DNA from: Limisphaerales bacterium
GTDB taxonomy: Bacteria > Verrucomicrobiota > Verrucomicrobiia > Limisphaerales > SIBE01
Direction of reading: 5' to 3'
Length of the DNA stretch: 51,658 bases
NCBI GenBank assembly: GCA_044225505.1
Contig: JBGAIN010000039.1
Coordinates: 1 to 51,658 of the forward strand
Every line of letters starts with the position of its first letter. Positions within the stretch are counted from its first letter, which is position 1. Of this stretch, positions 47,684 to 51,658 are shown piece after piece. The notes beneath the pieces were generated by a model, which had not been told where the DNA came from, did no database searches, and saw nothing but the letters and a program-made list of their open reading frames with translations. A program made the translations under genes and the position numbers.

Positions 47684-48508
47684 TCATTTCTCGCGCAGGC
47701 CAACCAATCGCATCAGTTTCGCCGTTTCCGAATAGGCTTCTTCGACCCACTCGACGATCTTGTCAGGCTCTGGAGAATATTCGAGTTCCACCGAAAGCGC
47801 CCCGTCCATCTCCAGTTCTTTGATCGCTTGAAGATAAGGTGCGAACTTGACCACTCCTCTCCCGGGCGGCAGGTCCCCGTGGACTTTTCCGTCGCAATCA
47901 CTGATGTGAACATGGATTGCCTTATTCCGGAACTTCTTGACCTCGGCCGGTCCCGTATCAGACAGCACCAGATGGCTGATATCGATGTTGGCTTTAACCG
48001 CGGGATGATTGCATTCGTCCACAAATCGCACCATTTCGCGCACGCTGTTCAACAGACTGAGTCGAAAGGGCTCTAATTCCAACGCGATCGAGACTTTTTT
48101 CCGGGCCGCGTAATCCCCTAGTCTTCGGCAGGTCTCCAAGGCCCAGCCCCATTGGGCTTGGGGAGGGATCACCTCCCGTTGCCAAAGATACTCGCCGAGC
48201 ACCAGCAGGATATTATGCGCCTCCCAGGTATGGGCCAGATCAATGAAGCGCTTGCAGCGTTCCACATGAAACTCGCGCACCGGTTTGTTGAAATCGATCA
48301 GCCCGACCGCCACCACCGGCAGCGAAATGATCGGCAGATTCATTTTCTGCGTGGTTCGCGCTACGAGACTGACCTCGCGTTTGGGAATCCCGATGGCTTC
48401 GGTGAAGATATCCACCGTGTCGAACCCGATCCGTTTGATATGCTTGAGGCCAGTGAGCGTATCGACGCCCAACTGCTCAAACGCGCTATTGATAATCCCA
48501 AGTCTCAT
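47684..48508 (-). CDS. Sugar phosphate isomerase/epimerase (xylose-isomerase-like TIM barrel; ketose 3-epimerase-like)
   Basis: Metal-ligand pattern ALELEP, NIDISH, HVHISD and SVELE. Confidence 0.88.
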   Translation of the reverse strand: MRLGIINSAFEQLGVDTLTGLKHIKRIGFDTVDIFTEAIGIPKREVSLVARTTQKMNLPIISLPVVAVGLIDFNKPVREFHVERCKRFIDLAHTWEAHNILLVLGEYLWQREVIPPQAQWGWALETCRRLGDYAARKKVSIALELEPFRLSLLNSVREMVRFVDECNHPAVKANIDISHLVLSDTGPAEVKKFRNKAIHVHISDCDGKVHGDLPPGRGVVKFAPYLQAIKELEMDGALSVELEYSPEPDKIVEWVEEAYSETAKLMRLVGLREK

Positions 48509-48711
48509 GCGGCGTTAACGATTCTCTCCTGCGGGCAATGGTCCGCGCAGTATTAAGGAGGCGCTGCACTCCCGCAAGATGGAACTCGCGACGCTGGATT
48601 AAGATTCCACTCGGCGGAAAATCCTCGGCGAATTCTTTCCAGATCCAGCCAAACAACTCGCCGTTCCCAACACCGGAGCGTAACTGGAATGCGCAGCACC
48701 GATCACAGCCA

Positions 48712-50694
48712 TCATGGACGCTGGCGTGCACGATAAAATCGGTGGCCCATGAGTGGCTCTGCATCGAGGAAGATCGCCGTCGAGTTGGTTAACCGACTTG
48801 TGCCCAAAACAGTCCAAGCGCGCAAATCGCGAGACGCCTCCACGTCAACGTCCAAAGCGTCTTGACCGTGCACGGCCAACTCCACCTGACCCGTGACAAG
48901 GCGAATCTCCAGTTGCGGTGGCTCCACCTGTGCCACGATCCCACTGGTGAGGATGATTTCGCTGCCGACCGCAACAAACCGGCCCGCGCCGTAGGCAACC
49001 GTCGCGAGCGCGTTCGTTGACAACGTGAGATTCTGCACCCAATTTGTGCCATCGCGGGAACTCCAGATCGATCCTGGACTTCGCTGGGCTCGATCAACAG
49101 CAAAAGCCCCGGTGGTCAGCACGCGCAGCCCGAGGCCAAAGGCTAAACCATTCGGGTAGCCCGCCTGGGCGTCAATCCAATCCCAGTTCAAACCATCGTG
49201 TGACACGAAGATCCCCGGCCCCGTGGCGTAGAAGCGGTTTTCGTGGTAGATAACACGCAACAGAGTGAAAGAGCCTAAGCTCGTGCGGACCCAGTCTGCC
49301 CCTATCATCAAGCGGTAAAGAGAGCCGCTCGTGCCAGTCCCGACGTAGACGCCATTGCCGTAAGCGAGGCTATAGTTTTCTGCCGAACCCTCCGCGATTC
49401 TCACCCAGTTTGTGCCGACACGCGATTCCCAGAGGTTTCCGCCGTCGGCGATGACAAAGCGGTCACCAGTGAACGTCGCTGACGAGAGATGATTGCTCCA
49501 GGTTTGAGTCCAGTGTACGCCATCCGCGGACACAATAGCGCCCCCTGCCCGAATCGTTGGCTCGCGAGGGCCCATGGCAAGAAATACGCCATTGCCATAG
49601 ACAACGTCACTGAGGTGGTAGTTGACCTCCGAGTTCACAGCTGTCCAACGCAATCCATCGGGAGAGTTGAGCACGGTCCCGAGCGATCCCACGGCCACGA
49701 ACTGCCGGTTGCCGTAAACTACACCGCCTATACCTACGGAATTCAGCACGCCACCCAGCGTGCGGAGGTTCCAGGTCGTCCCATCAATTGAAGTCAGAAT
49801 GGCACCGCGCCCACCGGCGGCGACAAATTGTCCGTCCGCATAGAGAACGCGAAGCAAGAAGTTCCGACGTCCGACCGACACTGGATTCCAATGCTCGGTA
49901 TTATCGTTCTCTAGGATGGCCCCGGCCCCCCCAACAGCAGCGCAATGTTCGGGTCCGCAAGCGATCGAGTAGAAAGTGTTCCCTGGAACGGGCTCCGCCT
50001 GGATCTCCCAGTCTCGGCCCTCCAGTGATCTGAGAATGCCGCCCGACAAACCGACCGCTACAAATCCACCAGGCCCAACGTCGATGCTGCGCAGACTCCA
50101 GTCGACTCCCGAGCTCACGCTGTCCCAGGACGAGCCGTCCGTCGATGTGACAATGGTTCCCGATTCGCCGACCGCGATAAAACGATCCCCGTTATGCACC
50201 ACACCATAGAGTTGATTTGTCGTGCGTGAATCCCGCGCGGTCCATACGGCGCCGTCGGCCGACGTGACCAGGGTCCCACTTGGACCGACCGCAACAAACA
50301 ACCCACCGCCGTAAGTGACATCGGTCAGCCAATATGGCGTCTCCAGTGACGGTGCCGTCCAGGTGAGGCCGTCGACCGAGGTGACAATCCCGGCGTTACC
50401 GACCCCAACGAACCGGTCCGCACCAAAAGCTAGTCCGTTAATGCCTATCGTTGCTCCACCGGGCACCGCCGACCACGTCTCGAGATTCGTCGAGGTCAAG
50501 AGAAACCCTGTGGGATTCGCGAACAACCAGCGACCGTGGCCATAGGCGATCGCACTAAGATCTTCTTTGGTAGGAACCAGATTGTTCCATTGGAGTTTCG
50601 TCTCCTGTGTCAGGCCGTGCAGCTCAGATGCGATCAACATTCCCAAGCTGAACAGCCCTGCTGCCATCCGCCCGCCTTGGAACAATAAGTACAT
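48712..50694 (-). CDS. Secreted WD40/YVTN/BNR-like beta-propeller repeat protein (two-propeller size)
   Basis: Many YG.G.FVAVG..G.I.TS.DG..W repeats and a C-terminal VEASRDLRAW...RFYRAR tail. Same repeat family as 11342..12499. Confidence 0.85.
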   Translation of the reverse strand: MYLLFQGGRMAAGLFSLGMLIASELHGLTQETKLQWNNLVPTKEDLSAIAYGHGRWLFANPTGFLLTSTNLETWSAVPGGATIGINGLAFGADRFVGVGNAGIVTSVDGLTWTAPSLETPYWLTDVTYGGGLFVAVGPSGTLVTSADGAVWTARDSRTTNQLYGVVHNGDRFIAVGESGTIVTSTDGSSWDSVSSGVDWSLRSIDVGPGGFVAVGLSGGILRSLEGRDWEIQAEPVPGNTFYSIACGPEHCAAVGGAGAILENDNTEHWNPVSVGRRNFLLRVLYADGQFVAAGGRGAILTSIDGTTWNLRTLGGVLNSVGIGGVVYGNRQFVAVGSLGTVLNSPDGLRWTAVNSEVNYHLSDVVYGNGVFLAMGPREPTIRAGGAIVSADGVHWTQTWSNHLSSATFTGDRFVIADGGNLWESRVGTNWVRIAEGSAENYSLAYGNGVYVGTGTSGSLYRLMIGADWVRTSLGSFTLLRVIYHENRFYATGPGIFVSHDGLNWDWIDAQAGYPNGLAFGLGLRVLTTGAFAVDRAQRSPGSIWSSRDGTNWVQNLTLSTNALATVAYGAGRFVAVGSEIILTSGIVAQVEPPQLEIRLVTGQVELAVHGQDALDVDVEASRDLRAWTVLGTSRLTNSTAIFLDAEPLMGHRFYRARQRP

Positions 50695-50795
50695 TATTAA
50701 ATTAGATCAGGAGAATCGGGAGGCAGCGCAAGTCATTTCAACGGGTCTCCCGGTTGGGTTTATACTTGATTATGGTTCCGCAGCGGTTCGCTTCC

Positions 50796-50874
50796 GTAGC
50801 CGATGAGGTCCCGAGGCGAAACAGAAAATCATGCTCCGAAAGGGAACCATTCCGCCTCGTGACCTCGTCGGCTA
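50796..50874. repeat. GTAG-type REP-like inverted repeat pair
   Basis: Arm 50797-50818 (TAGCCGATGAGGTCCCGAGGCG) matches the reverse complement of 50853-50874 (TAGCCGACGAGGTCACGAGGCG) at 20/22 positions. Confidence 0.75.
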
Positions 50875-50927
50875 ACAAACTCGATTCTCGGCGTTGAGGA
50901 TGTTTAGCTTTTGATTCGGTATCCATC

Positions 50928-51036
50928 GGTGCGCGGAATTTATTCCGCCCGAAGCCTCGACCGGCGGACGGCGTATGGGATAATCCGTAGCCTGTCCTCC
51001 GCGCGCCCGTTCCGGCGGACTGGAAGTCCGCGTTCC
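50928..51036. repeat. Second REP-like doublet: two inverted GCGGA-N-TCCGC hairpins
   Basis: GGTGC-GCGGAAT-TT-ATTCCGC (50928-50948) and GCGGACT-GGA-AGTCCGC-GTTCC (51015-51036) are related units in opposite orientation. Confidence 0.6.
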
Positions 51037-51374
51037 CATGAAGGCGCCGGCCCTCCGATAGCCATCGGCATTAACGATATCCAGTCTGGTTTTTGCCTCC
51101 TGTCGTTAGAAGAAGGTGTTTACGTTAACCTCAATCCAGAATTCAGACGTCCGTTAAGGACTTAGCCGCGTTTCTCAGGCTCGTTTTTACGGGGTAAGAC
51201 ACGCCCATTTCGGCAGCACCCATCCCCTTGTTTCACGATCGACGCGTGGTAATTGTCGCTCGAACGTGCGATCGTCCGTCTCTTGCCAGGGTCGTCGGTA
51301 GCCCCGAATCTCCAGAACTGCTGATTGTCTCGGCGAAAGGAAATGCACCAGTGCCCTTGTTGGGTTCGTGGCGA

Positions 51375-51656
51375 TCACTCAGTTCCCAGAACACGATGCC
51401 TTGTGAAATAGATGTCTGCATCCACGTGCATCTGCACTCGGGAGTTTCCAAGGCAGCCGACAATCGACTCAAATGGATCGCCGTTCGGGAAGCGCCTCAC
51501 AAATGCGTCATAACAATTCGAGTCCGCCAGAAGTAGATGAGCCATCTCGCGCCCGGTAACATCTAGACGCAGTCGTTCGGTGCCACTGCTATCAACCGTA
51601 AACTCAGCCCAATCTGAAAGGTTTGCGCGATGGTCGTAACCCGAAGCGACGGCAGG
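51375..51656 (-). CDS. Possible C-terminal end of a hypothetical gene entering from beyond the window
   Basis: One minus-strand frame is open from the window end to TGA at 51375-51377 (PAVASGYDHRANLSDWAEFTVD...IYFTRHRVLGTE*). No motif recognised. Confidence 0.3.
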   Translation of the reverse strand, partial: PAVASGYDHRANLSDWAEFTVDSSGTERLRLDVTGREMAHLLLADSNCYDAFVRRFPNGDPFESIVGCLGNSRVQMHVDADIYFTRHRVLGTE

Positions 51657-51658
51657 GC

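Noticed and set aside
50799..50823. CCGATGAG...CGAAAC resembles a hammerhead ribozyme core
   Set aside because: The core reads CCGATGA rather than CTGATGA, stem II pairs poorly, and no stems I/III with a cleavage triplet were found. The sequence is better explained as one arm of the REP-like inverted repeat.
1..51658. CRISPR arrays, tRNA/rRNA genes, IS/transposases, prophage or defence genes
   Set aside because: No regularly spaced direct repeats, RNA-gene signatures or matching protein motifs were seen by eye. A covariance-model scan was not possible.

Overview
About 52 kb of bacterial chromosome, most likely Verrucomicrobiota. This is inferred from a VPDSG-CTERM protein, a prepilin/H-X9-DG protein, a DUF6797 protein, secreted beta-propeller proteins and GTAG/GGAGCGCGGA-type palindromic repeats. 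A 15-N gap at 13762-13776 shows it is a draft or metagenome assembly. The window is dominated by carbohydrate use. Main genes: a ribose-type ABC permease and ribokinase; a frameshifted ~1600-codon GH74-like gene; a GH99/71-like protein; a 2182-aa fusion (GH2 + GtaA-like DUF4964/5127/4965/1793 + galactose-binding-like module + GH127/146) followed by galK; a clan GH-D-like 'enterotoxin-family' protein; a GH172 (DUF2961) lipoprotein with HEAT repeats; a Tat-exported GH116 with a CBM38-like insert; and sugar dehydrogenases, epimerases and an aldolase-like enzyme. Also present are a PAS hybrid kinase with a divergent receiver protein and a sulfate-type ABC operon whose ATPase is fused to USP-like domains. 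The leading hypothesis (inference) is a dispersed furanoside-degrading system for D-arabinofuranose/galactofuranose glycans such as actinobacterial arabinogalactan or LAM, built from unusual domain fusions. No rRNA, tRNA, CRISPR array or transposase was recognised. All family calls come from recognising motifs by eye, not from database searches.
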